From an uncultured Pseudomonadota bacterium (GTDB lineage Bacteria; Pseudomonadota; Alphaproteobacteria; Rs-D84), in NCBI GenBank assembly GCA_902790415.1, contig CADARU010000001.1:50071-114070 (forward strand): DNA of 64,000 nucleotides. Direction: 5' to 3'. Positions 29,620-39,454 of the stretch are shown here, piece by piece. The notes below the pieces were generated by a model. The model saw nothing but the letters and a program-made list of their open reading frames with translations, was not told where the DNA came from and ran no database searches. The position numbers and the translations under genes were made by a program. How positions within the stretch are numbered: position 1 is the stretch's first letter; each line of letters opens with the position of its first letter.

Positions 29620-31152
29620 ATGGATAACAACTATACTGTTTTGGCGCGCAAATACCGCAGCCAAGATTTTGATTCCCTGATTGGCCAAGATGTTTTGGTA
29701 AAAACATTAACAACCGCAATCAACACCGGACGTATCGCGCATGCGTATATTTTTACCGGTATACGCGGTACCGGAAAAACCAGTACGGCACGTATTCTGG
29801 CCAAGGCATTAAATTGCACCGCATCTGATGGACCAACATCAAAACCATGCGGGGTATGTGAAAACTGTCGCGCTATCGCCGCCGGTCAACATATTGACGT
29901 TATGGAAATTGATGCCGCATCACACACCGGTGTCGAAAACATGCGTGAAATATTAGATGCATCGCAATACAGGCCAACAAACGGTCGATACAAGGTTTAT
30001 ATTATTGACGAAGTTCACATGTTATCTATTAGTGCATTTAACGCACTGTTAAAAACATTAGAAGAACCACCTGCACACGTGATATTTATTTTGGCCACAA
30101 CCGAAATTCGCAAGGTACCGGTTACAATCTTATCACGCTGTCAACGTTTTGATTTGGCACGCGTTCCGGTCGAAACATTAAAGAAACACTTTGCATGGAT
30201 TGCAACCCAGGAAAATGTAGAATTATCTGACGCGGCAAACGAATTATTGGCGCGTGCGGCCGATGGTTCTGTTCGCGATGGGTTATCATTACTGGACCAG
30301 GCGATTGCACAAACAGGTGGTCATGTTGACGAAGACGCGGTTATGAATATGTTAAAACGCGCTGATCGTGGGGTTGTTGTTGACCTTATGCAAACATTAT
30401 TGTCTGGCAACGTTGCAACCGCATTGGCCAAAGTGGACGAAATTTATAATAACGGAACCGATTTATCTATGCTGTTAACAGACATGATGGATTGGACACA
30501 CTGGGCAACGCGTATGCACCCAATTTTGCGCACCGGCGACAGTCAAAGTTGTCCATATACCGCCGAACAACGCGAACGTATCAAGGAAATAGATAAACAT
30601 GTTTCACTAAATTCTTTATCCCGTATATGGCAGGTTATGGTTGCCGCCGTACCTGAAATGCAGGCCGCCACAAATCAAAAACAATGTTTTGATATGTTGG
30701 TGATACGTTTGATGCATATTGCGGACATGCCATCGGTACCTGAAATGATGAAGCAACAAGAGGGCAACCGGCCAACACCAAAGGTGGACGCAACCGCCCC
30801 AGAAAAACCAAAAACTATCACGATAAATAGCGCGACAGATTTAGCCAATGCGTTACAGGATGCACGTGAAATGATACTCTATTCCTATTTTTCTAAGAAC
30901 ATAGAAATATCGGAAATCGCCAATAATAAAATATCTTATTTTGACAGGGGGGATGATGCAGATTTTCAATCACGTTTGGCGACATGGTTAAATACAAAAA
31001 CAGGCGCAACGTGGATGCTGAATAAAATTGAAGAATCACCACATTCGCAAACCGTTGTTGAACAAAATATCGCAGAAATAGAAGCAGACCCAATGGTTGC
31101 GGATGCGATGTCTTTATTCCAAGGTGCCGAGATTGTCGGTTCAACCAAATAA
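29620..31152 (+). CDS. dnaX: DNA polymerase III subunit tau/gamma
   Basis: MDNNYTVLARKYRSQDFDSLIGQDVLVKTLTTAINTGRIAHAYIFTGIRGTGKTSTARILAKALNC has the AAA+ clamp-loader Walker A. It also has the C-x-x-C zinc module (CGVCENC) and the SRC motif. Confidence 0.9.
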   Translation: MDNNYTVLARKYRSQDFDSLIGQDVLVKTLTTAINTGRIAHAYIFTGIRGTGKTSTARILAKALNCTASDGPTSKPCGVCENCRAIAAGQHIDVMEIDAASHTGVENMREILDASQYRPTNGRYKVYIIDEVHMLSISAFNALLKTLEEPPAHVIFILATTEIRKVPVTILSRCQRFDLARVPVETLKKHFAWIATQENVELSDAANELLARAADGSVRDGLSLLDQAIAQTGGHVDEDAVMNMLKRADRGVVVDLMQTLLSGNVATALAKVDEIYNNGTDLSMLLTDMMDWTHWATRMHPILRTGDSQSCPYTAEQRERIKEIDKHVSLNSLSRIWQVMVAAVPEMQAATNQKQCFDMLVIRLMHIADMPSVPEMMKQQEGNRPTPKVDATAPEKPKTITINSATDLANALQDAREMILYSYFSKNIEISEIANNKISYFDRGDDADFQSRLATWLNTKTGATWMLNKIEESPHSQTVVEQNIAEIEADPMVADAMSLFQGAEIVGSTK

Positions 31153-31169
31153 AACACATGGGGCGAGAG

Positions 31170-31625
31170 ATGAAAACAGAATCCGGACGTTCTTTGATTG
31201 AAATTATTGGTGTGTTGGCCATTACCGCGGTTATGACGGCGGCGACGATTGCGATGTATAACACCATTCGTAAAAATCAAACGCATACAATCGCATCGGC
31301 CGAACTGCGTGAAGTGGCAAAAAACATAAAATTATTATTTGATATGCGTGGCGATTATACCGGGGTTTCGGTGGACTGGCTGGTCAAGGCCGGCGCATTA
31401 AAAAACGACAAGGCCCCCTTGGGAGAATCTTGGAGTATAGAGCCAACATCAGATGCAAGTGGTTTTGTTATAAACCTGCGTGGGTTGTCGCACAGTAATT
31501 GCGATTTCTTGGCGGTATCGGCCCCCAGTTGGGCATCATCCATTATCGTAAACGGTCAAGAAAACGAATCTTCGCCGATTTGTTTTTCAGGTAACACGAA
31601 CAATATTACATTCATTGCACAATAG
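31170..31625 (+). CDS. Type IV pilin / pseudopilin-like protein (about 151 aa)
   Basis: MKTESG|RSLIEIIGVLAITAVMTAATIAMY is a class III signal peptide-like N-terminus with Glu at +5. A C-terminal Cys pair (NCDFLAV...SSPICF) resembles a pilin D-region. RBS GAGAG 3 nt upstream. It lies 18 nt after dnaX. Confidence 0.55.
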   Translation: MKTESGRSLIEIIGVLAITAVMTAATIAMYNTIRKNQTHTIASAELREVAKNIKLLFDMRGDYTGVSVDWLVKAGALKNDKAPLGESWSIEPTSDASGFVINLRGLSHSNCDFLAVSAPSWASSIIVNGQENESSPICFSGNTNNITFIAQ

Positions 31626-31631
31626 GCAAGC

Positions 31632-32306
31632 ATGAAAAAACTGAACGCATTTTTTATTGGTTGCACAATGACACTGGCGGCATGTATGCAATACACCAGC
31701 CCCAGTCGCAATACATGGCCGCAATATTTACATGGGGCCAGTTTTATGGAAATGACTGAATCTGCACGTGTCGCAAAAAAGCCTATTTTCCAAGGCGATG
31801 GCGGCCGTCTGGTTTCCCAGGTTATAAAACCTGTATCACAATACGGCGATAAAAACGCGAACGATTCGGCAATGTATTTGCAATATATGTCCGAATTGGA
31901 ATTCAAATTATATGATGCACTGCGCAAACCGGGAACATCTGTTCAACGCGCAGGGACGGACGTTGTTGTATTGTTGGTGCGTGATGCGATAATGGAACTG
32001 GATGCGCCGGATATTTCCGCAGATGGTGATAACAATTTGGGTATAATTGCAAAAATATTAAAGAACTATGATGCAACATTTATTGAAATTGCCGGATATA
32101 CAGATTCTATGCGTGACACACATGCCGCCCAGGCATTATCATTAGATATGGCGCAACGTGTAGCGGTGTATTTAGCCAAACATGGTATAAAAACATCGCG
32201 TATGTTTATTGTTGGGCGCGGCGCGGCACGTCCTATTGCCGGCCAAGACGAGATGGGGCGTTTAACCAATCGGCGCGTGGAAATAAGAATTGCACCGGTG
32301 CGATAA
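31632..32306 (+). CDS. OmpA-family lipoprotein (Pal-like peptidoglycan-associated)
   Basis: Lipobox (TLAAC) and a C-terminal OmpA_C motif ...TFIEIAGYTDS...AQALSLDMAQRVAVYLAKHGI...NRRVEIRI. Confidence 0.7.
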   Translation: MKKLNAFFIGCTMTLAACMQYTSPSRNTWPQYLHGASFMEMTESARVAKKPIFQGDGGRLVSQVIKPVSQYGDKNANDSAMYLQYMSELEFKLYDALRKPGTSVQRAGTDVVVLLVRDAIMELDAPDISADGDNNLGIIAKILKNYDATFIEIAGYTDSMRDTHAAQALSLDMAQRVAVYLAKHGIKTSRMFIVGRGAARPIAGQDEMGRLTNRRVEIRIAPVR

Positions 32307-32383
32307 TCGCATGATAAGTTTCTCTTTTATTTTATAAATTTTATTGCTATACTGCCAACGTCAAACAAAAAAAGGATGGAAAA

Positions 32384-33049
32384 ATGTCTGAAAAAAACAA
32401 TAGCAACACACCTGTGGTTGTAAAAAAATACTCTAAAATTGGCATTATTGCGGCAATCGTCATCGCGGTGGCGGCAATTGGTGCATTTATCATCGTTCGT
32501 GCAAATAGACCTGTTGGCATAAACGACGCAATCAGTGAAGTTTCATCTGATGCATTAACGGGTGCCGATTTACGCATCGCGGTTGTTCGTATGGATGCAA
32601 TTCAAAACCAAGCCAAGGTTTTGCAAGATTTGCGCAAACAACGCGAAAATTATGAAGAAAAATTACGTAAAGATTTAACTTCTCAACAAAAAGCATTGGA
32701 AAAAGAAAAAGCAGAAATCGAAAAATCACAAGATGTTTTGTCTCGTGATGCACTGCAACGTCGTGTTATGGACTATCAATCACGTGTTACAAAATTACAA
32801 CGCGATTTGACAGAACGCGCACAGAGCATTGAAAGTTCCTTCCAAAAAGCATTAAACACAATCCAAGAAAAACATTTGGACCCGATAATTGATGGTGTTA
32901 TCGCGAAAAAGAATTTGTCTTTGGTTGTTGATGGGCGTTTCGCACGCACCGGTACAAACACCGAAAAATTGGATATCACCACAGATATTGTGTCTGCGTT
33001 GGACAAAAGGGTATCCAGTTTCAAGATGGATAAACCAAAAGGTTTTTAA
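32384..33049 (+). CDS. skp: Periplasmic chaperone Skp (OmpH family)
   Basis: TM/signal-anchor, then a long coiled-coil (ALEKEKAEIEKSQDVLSRDALQRRVMDYQSRVTKLQRDL), ending with ...LVVDGRF. It sits immediately upstream of lpxD-fabZ, the conserved skp-lpxD-fabZ order. Confidence 0.7.
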   Translation: MSEKNNSNTPVVVKKYSKIGIIAAIVIAVAAIGAFIIVRANRPVGINDAISEVSSDALTGADLRIAVVRMDAIQNQAKVLQDLRKQRENYEEKLRKDLTSQQKALEKEKAEIEKSQDVLSRDALQRRVMDYQSRVTKLQRDLTERAQSIESSFQKALNTIQEKHLDPIIDGVIAKKNLSLVVDGRFARTGTNTEKLDITTDIVSALDKRVSSFKMDKPKGF

Positions 33050-33080
33050 GTGGTTTGTGTAAAAGATTCGTGTTTAGTTT

Positions 33081-33104
33081 GGGGGCTTTGCCCCCGTTTT
33101 ATTT
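33081..33104 (+). terminator. Terminator after skp
   Basis: gggggctttgcccccg hairpin followed by ttttatt. Confidence 0.5.
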
Positions 33105-33148
33105 ACTGATTCACAAATCACTATATTTCACTTTTATTTTATTTTTTT

Positions 33149-34213
33149 TTGTTTATAATGACCTTTATGTTAAGTATTATAAAATCTTGGTTGGCGCCAC
33201 GCGCCACAAAAACAACGGCCGGTGATTTAGCGGAAAAATTTGGATTGGAATTGCGCGGAAACCCGGAAACTGTCGTTTCTGGAATCGCACCAATTGCGGA
33301 TGCAAAACGCGGCCAATTGGCGTTCTATTCCACAGAACAAAACAGTAACGCTTTTAAAATTTTACCTATTTCCGTTTTGGAAAACACGCGCGCATCTGTG
33401 ATTCTGGTTCAACCAGAACAGGCATCGCATGCACCAAAAGGTGCAACTTTGTTGGTGTGCGCCAGTCCGCGTGGTGAAATTGTAAAAATCTTGGGCGAAA
33501 TTTATCGCGAACCGCCACGTTGCGGAATTTCCAAGCGCGCATATATTGAACGCGGTGTTTTCTTTCGTGAACGTAAAACGAACTATGTCGGACAATTTGC
33601 AACAATTGAACGCGGTGCGGTTATTGAACCTGATGTGAAAATATACCCAGGGGCCTACATTGGCAAAAATGTTACAATTGGACGCGGTACGGTTGTTCAT
33701 TCGTGTGCACATATTGAAAACGCAACTATTGGTGCGGATTGTGTTATTCACAATGGCGCGTCTATCGGCAAAGATGGATTTGGATATACACGTCAAAATG
33801 GTCATAACGTATTTATCCCACATGTTGGGCGCGTTGTTTTGGGCAATCGCGTGTCTGTTGGTGCGAACACATGTATTGACCGCGGTGCATTAACCGATAC
33901 ACGCGTTGGAGATGGCACAAAAATTGATAACTTGTGTCAAATTGCACATGGTGTTGTTATTGGGTGCGAATGTTTCTTGGCCGGCGGTGTCGGTATTGCC
34001 GGCGGCGTAACAGTTGGCGACAGGGCTCTATTGGCCGGACACGTTGGTATTGCAAACGGTGTTAAAATTGGAAACGATACCGAAATCGGCGCAAACAGTG
34101 GTGTTTTCAGAAATGTCCCAGACGGCCAAAAACATATGGGATATCCGGCGGCCCCGGGAACGGAATTCTTGCGACATTATGCATGGATAAAAAAACACGT
34201 TAACAAAGATTAG
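33149..34213 (+). CDS. lpxD: UDP-3-O-acylglucosamine N-acyltransferase
   Basis: Left-handed beta-helix hexapeptide repeats throughout (…[37 protein letters not shown]…GANSGVF) with an LpxD-like N-terminal domain. Start ambiguous (33149 or 33167). Confidence 0.85.
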   Translation: MFIMTFMLSIIKSWLAPRATKTTAGDLAEKFGLELRGNPETVVSGIAPIADAKRGQLAFYSTEQNSNAFKILPISVLENTRASVILVQPEQASHAPKGATLLVCASPRGEIVKILGEIYREPPRCGISKRAYIERGVFFRERKTNYVGQFATIERGAVIEPDVKIYPGAYIGKNVTIGRGTVVHSCAHIENATIGADCVIHNGASIGKDGFGYTRQNGHNVFIPHVGRVVLGNRVSVGANTCIDRGALTDTRVGDGTKIDNLCQIAHGVVIGCECFLAGGVGIAGGVTVGDRALLAGHVGIANGVKIGNDTEIGANSGVFRNVPDGQKHMGYPAAPGTEFLRHYAWIKKHVNKD

Positions 34214-34223
34214 GTGTAAAGCA

Positions 34224-34658
34224 ATGATTGATACAAAAGAAGTTGAAAAAGTTATTCCGCATCGTGGCGATATGCGCCTGATTGACGAAATCAGCGAAAT
34301 CACAGACACAACCGCAACCGGTATCAAGCATGTAACAGACCACGAATTTTGGCACGATGGACATTTTCCTGCACATGCTATTATGCCGGGTGTTCTGATT
34401 GTGGAAGCGATGGCGCAAACCGCATGCTTTATGACATTGAATCGTATTGGTAATAACGATGGTAAAACATTGGGGTATTTTGTTTCTATTGAAAGCGCAC
34501 GTTTCAATCGTATGGTGGAACCCGGTGATACGTTGGAATTACACGTGGAAGAACTGGGGTCAAAAATGAAGATGTATAAATATACCGGTACCGCATTTGT
34601 AAATGGGGCCAAGGTTGCATCTGCTACGTTTTCTGCGATTATTGACCGCGGTGAATAA
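34224..34658 (+). CDS. fabZ: 3-hydroxyacyl-ACP dehydratase FabZ
   Basis: IPHRGDMRLIDEI...HFPAHAIMPGVLIVEAMAQ, the FabZ hotdog catalytic motif. Confidence 0.9.
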   Translation: MIDTKEVEKVIPHRGDMRLIDEISEITDTTATGIKHVTDHEFWHDGHFPAHAIMPGVLIVEAMAQTACFMTLNRIGNNDGKTLGYFVSIESARFNRMVEPGDTLELHVEELGSKMKMYKYTGTAFVNGAKVASATFSAIIDRGE

Positions 34659-34682
34659 ACGAAAAAACAATAAAGAAAATAC

Positions 34683-34710
34683 GCACCATCGTTTTGGTGC
34701 GCTTTTTTAT
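34683..34710. terminator. Bidirectional terminator after fabZ; no lpxA follows
   Basis: gcaccatcgttttggtgc hairpin followed by tttttt. Confidence 0.6.
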
Positions 34711-35201
34711 ATTTCTATACCCCATAAAACCTTGGCACATTCACCGATTAAAAACGCGGCCAGTGTTACAACCACACAGATTATTAACATTTCGGTAAAA
34801 TGTGGCCAAAATCGTTCCCCGGAAAGTTTTGATTTCACATAATTGAAAAAGAATATTATCGCGATTGCAACAAAATAACTAAGTAACATCGCCAAGACAG
34901 AATTTGCAATAAACACAAAAGGCATTAAGACCATTGCCGCCGTAAAAATATATGCCACACCGGTTGCCGCACCACAATATCGCGCAACATCAAGTCGGCC
35001 ATCCGCACGCGTTGCCAAATATTCTGATGCAGTCATAGATAATCCAGCTGCAACCGCGGCAATCACACCGGTCAATAGAATCACATATTGGGTGGCATCG
35101 GCCGAAACCAGACCAACAACCAAACCGATTGTTGATACTATCGCATCATGCATCCCCAAAACCGCACAACCCCAAAAACAATTTTTCATTTTCATATACA
35201 A
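34707..35201 (-). CDS. VIT1/CCC1-family membrane protein (short form)
   Basis: DAIVSTIGLVVGLVSA and repeated hydrophobic helices are typical of the VIT family. The start is preceded by a hairpin. Confidence 0.55.
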   Translation of the reverse strand: MYMKMKNCFWGCAVLGMHDAIVSTIGLVVGLVSADATQYVILLTGVIAAVAAGLSMTASEYLATRADGRLDVARYCGAATGVAYIFTAAMVLMPFVFIANSVLAMLLSYFVAIAIIFFFNYVKSKLSGERFWPHFTEMLIICVVVTLAAFLIGECAKVLWGIEI

Positions 35202-35250
35202 AATATTACCCCCTATATCAAGGGGGTGTTATTGGTATAAAATCCGCAAC

Positions 35251-35868
35251 CTACCATGTTGGTGCATGGTCGCCTTCTTTGACGATTGGTTTTTCATCTT
35301 CCCATACGGTCAATCCTGTTTTAACATCGGTCAATGCCAATTGCAGGTAATATTCTACACGCGTATCAACAGATGAAAACCATCCAGATTGCAATTTCAA
35401 ATTGCGCTGTATCATTTTTCCAGACATCGACATATTTGGTGCAATCAAAGTACCCTGAGACACAATAGTTGATGCATCGTATTCACTGTTTCCACGCGTG
35501 GCGCGAACGTTATGCGTTGTTTCGTCTTGGGCAGATTTACCATTTTGAAACGAACTGGAAACCTTGGCACGACCGGAATTTACCAATGTTTTACGAATCT
35601 TTTGTGTTAAAATATCGGTATCAAAACGTTGCATAGTGTCGTTTTTGATTTCACCCATCGCAATAACAGGATTCTTAATTTTTGCAAAAGCACCACTGTT
35701 AATCATAGATTTTGTCATTTCTTCGGCGGTTGCGGTCCAATCACGATATTCCAATTCCATAACATTTTGCATCGCCGCAACTTCTTTTTCGTTATTCAGG
35801 TCAACAACACGTGTTTCACCGCATCCAATCAATGCCGCACATAATGCAACCGGAAATAATTTTTTCAT
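35251..35868 (-). CDS. LpoB-like lipoprotein (penicillin-binding protein activator family)
   Basis: Lipobox (ALIGCG). YRDWTATAEEMTKSMINSGAF...NDTMQRFDTDILTQKIRKTLVNSGRAKVSS and ...EYYLQLALTDVKTGLTVWEDEK are collinear with the conserved blocks of the E. coli LpoB C-terminal domain. Confidence 0.55.
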   Translation of the reverse strand: MKKLFPVALCAALIGCGETRVVDLNNEKEVAAMQNVMELEYRDWTATAEEMTKSMINSGAFAKIKNPVIAMGEIKNDTMQRFDTDILTQKIRKTLVNSGRAKVSSSFQNGKSAQDETTHNVRATRGNSEYDASTIVSQGTLIAPNMSMSGKMIQRNLKLQSGWFSSVDTRVEYYLQLALTDVKTGLTVWEDEKPIVKEGDHAPTW

Positions 35869-35886
35869 ATTTTCCCCCTTTCGTTT

Positions 35887-37131
35887 TTATTTTAACTTTA
35901 TTACCTTGGTATCTTCGTTATTTGGTCCGACACGAACATAAACCAAATAATTAGACCCATCATAAGGTGTATTCATTTTCATAACCAGATTACCACTGCC
36001 ACGCAATTCAATCAAGCCACTTTTATTATTTTCAACCCGCAACACCGATATTGTTTTGGGCAGGGTTGGCCACGTACGAACCTCGGCCGCAGTGGTTACT
36101 TCTGAATAAATCGTTGACAAGATTCCCATCAAAGGTGCGGATGCACTGCGTGAATTATACATGGATGTTTGTAATGCGGTACGCCCTGTTGCGGCGGCCA
36201 ACGCACGCAAAGAATCGTTCGTTCTGTATTCTTTGTATTCGGTCATAAACATTGCATCAACATCAGCCAATTTTTGTGCGCCCGATATATTTGTAAAATT
36301 ATTCGTAAACACCGGTTCTGACATCGCAATAGTAACAATAGACATACCATCACCCATAAACACAGGCACCGACACGCGCCGTTCATGCAGTTTTGGCGCA
36401 AAACCATCTTCGATAAAAACCCAAACTGTATTTTTCGGTGTAATATGTTTTTCCGCCAATGACAAATCGGTGGCAACAAAGGTGTTGTTTGGACTCATCC
36501 CATTTGCGCGTGCCAAATATGTTTTTGCATCACTAAAATCACCGTTGTTTAGGAAATAAATCCCCGACAAATACATTAATGCCGGATTCATAATATCTGT
36601 ATATGCTGCCCACATAGAATTTTCAGATTCTAACTTTTTGTTCAATTCTGCATTTTCAATAATTTTGCTTTGGTTTGATTCAATCGTATTTTTATATGCC
36701 AACGACATATCTTGCTGGCGGCCATAAGATTGATTAATAATTACGCGCGCATCGTTATAACGCCCGGTTGCCAATGCCGCCCATAACTGATAATAAGACA
36801 CAAATAACGCGTCCATCATGTACGGTTTATATTCGTTAACAGATGCACCAAATACCAAAGATGCGGCTTCACGTGAAAAACTGCCCCCGGTGGTATCTAT
36901 GTTACGCCGATTAAATTCTTCATAGGCCGCATCTGCGCCACTGTAATCATCATTATGGAACAATGTATCGGCCGTAATTAACAAGTCCAAATTATTTTGT
37001 GATGAAAAATTTGTATCCGTGGTGGCGGCTGTCATATAATTTTCCCGCACAGAATCAAGACGCGCCTCGGTCGTGGCGGCACACGCAGATAACAAAACAC
37101 ATACAGTTAAAAATTTTATAGAACGAAACAT
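35887..37131 (-). CDS. Hypothetical lipoprotein (414 aa), co-transcribed with the T4CP and LpoB-like genes
   Basis: Lipobox (VLLSACAA). No recognisable catalytic motif. The start lies 3 nt after the stop of the VirD4-like gene. Confidence 0.5.
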   Translation of the reverse strand: MFRSIKFLTVCVLLSACAATTEARLDSVRENYMTAATTDTNFSSQNNLDLLITADTLFHNDDYSGADAAYEEFNRRNIDTTGGSFSREAASLVFGASVNEYKPYMMDALFVSYYQLWAALATGRYNDARVIINQSYGRQQDMSLAYKNTIESNQSKIIENAELNKKLESENSMWAAYTDIMNPALMYLSGIYFLNNGDFSDAKTYLARANGMSPNNTFVATDLSLAEKHITPKNTVWVFIEDGFAPKLHERRVSVPVFMGDGMSIVTIAMSEPVFTNNFTNISGAQKLADVDAMFMTEYKEYRTNDSLRALAAATGRTALQTSMYNSRSASAPLMGILSTIYSEVTTAAEVRTWPTLPKTISVLRVENNKSGLIELRGSGNLVMKMNTPYDGSNYLVYVRVGPNNEDTKVIKLK

Positions 37132-37133
37132 AA

Positions 37134-39398
37134 CTATTGCTTTGCCACCGGTGTCAATTCACGCAATTCTTTTGCCTGGGGGTCAAAGAATTTCGGCGTA
37201 CCTGCATATTCCAATATTGCATGATGGCTTGGTACCAAAAATTCCGGCAACGGGGAACAGCGACCCATTTTTACATAACTAGACATACGTTCATCATTAA
37301 ACGACATCCTGATGTCGGCCTTAATCGGGCGATGATACCAACCTTCGTAAAGAATAATTGCTTCGGATGTCTTGCTTTTTGGACCAACTGTTTTTAATTG
37401 CATAATATCAAATTCGGAAAACAACGGTTCGTCTTTCTTTTCTTCCTCTTCTTTTTCTTTGCCATCCGGCCCTTTTACTTTTTTCTTTTTGATTGTCGTT
37501 TTCTTTGGCATCATTTCCGCGAAACGTTTCGCCGATTCAATATCATTTTGACGCAAAATAATCTTGGCCGCCGTTGTTGATATAATGGTAGATGCCGCAT
37601 CATTACCGTATTTTTCAGAAATCTGGTGTAAATCCTGACCAATCAACAGATAAGATATCTTCTGTCCACGTCCAACGTCTGGCCCCTGGATAACAGCGGT
37701 CATTTTTTGCATCTTGGGCATTTCGTCTAACAAGAACAATACCGGATACGGTCCCATTTTTTGTCCGTTACGTCCAACCTTGTCTGGTGGATTTGCCAAC
37801 AAAAAGTTTGACATTGTTTCAACAAACATTGATGTAATTGGATTCAAGGCCTTGGCATCAACCATGTTAATAGACAAATATACCGTTGCCGGCTTTATTT
37901 TGCCATCGGTCGGGTCAACAATTCCACGCATATCGGAAAAATGAAAGTCAGAATGACTGGTCCGGTTACGTACGGCGGCATTTCTGAATATGGCCAGACC
38001 CGTCAAAATCGTTGATAAAATAGAGCCACGTTCGGTTGACGGGGTGTTGGCTAACTTGGTTAATTCTGCAACCGCACGATTTGAATAAGAAAAGGAACGT
38101 GCTTCGTTAACCGCCGATTCCAACCAGTCCTTCATCGGGTCGGCCATCATAACAGATTGGTCCCCTTGGCGTTGACGTTCCGCCAATTCATTGGCAACGG
38201 CAATTTGCGCTTCGGTAATCCAATCCAACATCAAAGAATATGATGCCTCTTTGCCCAACCATGCCTGGGGAATATTTGCCCAGGAACCAACATGAACGTA
38301 ATTCATGGCATTTAATTGCTTGTTTTTAATAAGCGCCATCGCCGCAAACGCATTTGGGTCATTTACCATTGAAAAATAGTAATCCGATAAAATCGCCGCA
38401 TCTTCATCATCAAATTGCCCCGATTGCAACCGGGAATAGAAATAATCATCGGCCTTGGCACGTTCAATTTTTGAAATAATAAATTGGACAAAACCCGCCA
38501 AACCGGCACGCCCCGCCTGGGTCCAGTGGGGGTCGGCACTGCTGCCTTCGGCATCAGGAACCAAAACATCGCACATATAATCAACGTACAATTCGCGTTG
38601 TTCCGGACTGGCCGGGACATGTTCGGGCGAAAGTGGATTCCACGATGGATAATAAATACCCTTGTCTGGTTCATCTTGGCCACCCCAATCCATAATAAAC
38701 ACCGGTCCAACATGCTTTGAACGATATGCACTGGATTTTGTATCCAATTCAGGTTTGGGGTCGTTAATAATCATCGAAACATCGGTGCATTCAAATATAG
38801 TCGGCAAACACACACCTTCGGTTTTACCGGTTCCCGGAGGTGCCAAACACAAAACAGATGTTGTTTTAGGTAACTTTAAAACCTTGTTCTTGAAATAGCC
38901 CAACACAATGATAATACCATCAAACAGACCCATGGCCTTGACATCTTTTTCGTTTGCGGTACGTCCAGATTTTTTATCATAAATATCTTTACCGTTGGGG
39001 TCAAATTCGTCCATTAACGATTTATCAGTTAACAGGAAATAAGCAATCATCGGGAACAACGGTACCATACAGGCAAAATCAGGATGCATTACACAACGAA
39101 TAAACCAATTCGGCACCCCCGCCAAGACCGAAAAACCCAATGTTGAAAACATTTGTGATAAATACACCTTGGTCCAAACCCATGTTGCGGGCGACCAGCC
39201 ATACCGCCACAAATGTTCAAAAACAAACGAAATTCCAAATGCCAATGCACAAACAATCCAAACCGTTGTCAACCAACGTACCCGCCAAAACGCCTGTGCA
39301 ATCGGTATTTGTAAATGTTCAGTATAAGCACTGGACTTAAAAATATTAAGCCCTTTACTGTCCTTGCCTGCGGATAAAATCTTGAACTTGTCTGGCAT
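37134..39398 (-). CDS. Type IV secretion coupling protein (VirD4/TraG/DotL family ATPase)
   Basis: N-terminal TM helices. Walker A in TraG-like context ...SVLCLAPPGTGKTEGVCLPTIFECTDVSMIINDPKPEL (compare TraG ...APTRSGKGVGLVIPNLL...D.KGE). Walker B VLFLLDEMPKM. Lys/Glu-rich C-terminal tract (KKKKVKGPDGKEKEEEEKKDE). Confidence 0.6.
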   Translation of the reverse strand: MPDKFKILSAGKDSKGLNIFKSSAYTEHLQIPIAQAFWRVRWLTTVWIVCALAFGISFVFEHLWRYGWSPATWVWTKVYLSQMFSTLGFSVLAGVPNWFIRCVMHPDFACMVPLFPMIAYFLLTDKSLMDEFDPNGKDIYDKKSGRTANEKDVKAMGLFDGIIIVLGYFKNKVLKLPKTTSVLCLAPPGTGKTEGVCLPTIFECTDVSMIINDPKPELDTKSSAYRSKHVGPVFIMDWGGQDEPDKGIYYPSWNPLSPEHVPASPEQRELYVDYMCDVLVPDAEGSSADPHWTQAGRAGLAGFVQFIISKIERAKADDYFYSRLQSGQFDDEDAAILSDYYFSMVNDPNAFAAMALIKNKQLNAMNYVHVGSWANIPQAWLGKEASYSLMLDWITEAQIAVANELAERQRQGDQSVMMADPMKDWLESAVNEARSFSYSNRAVAELTKLANTPSTERGSILSTILTGLAIFRNAAVRNRTSHSDFHFSDMRGIVDPTDGKIKPATVYLSINMVDAKALNPITSMFVETMSNFLLANPPDKVGRNGQKMGPYPVLFLLDEMPKMQKMTAVIQGPDVGRGQKISYLLIGQDLHQISEKYGNDAASTIISTTAAKIILRQNDIESAKRFAEMMPKKTTIKKKKVKGPDGKEKEEEEKKDEPLFSEFDIMQLKTVGPKSKTSEAIILYEGWYHRPIKADIRMSFNDERMSSYVKMGRCSPLPEFLVPSHHAILEYAGTPKFFDPQAKELRELTPVAKQ

Positions 39399-39454
39399 TA
39401 TGTTATGATTATATCAGAAAAAACAAAATTTATAAAGACAGGAAATGTATTTTT

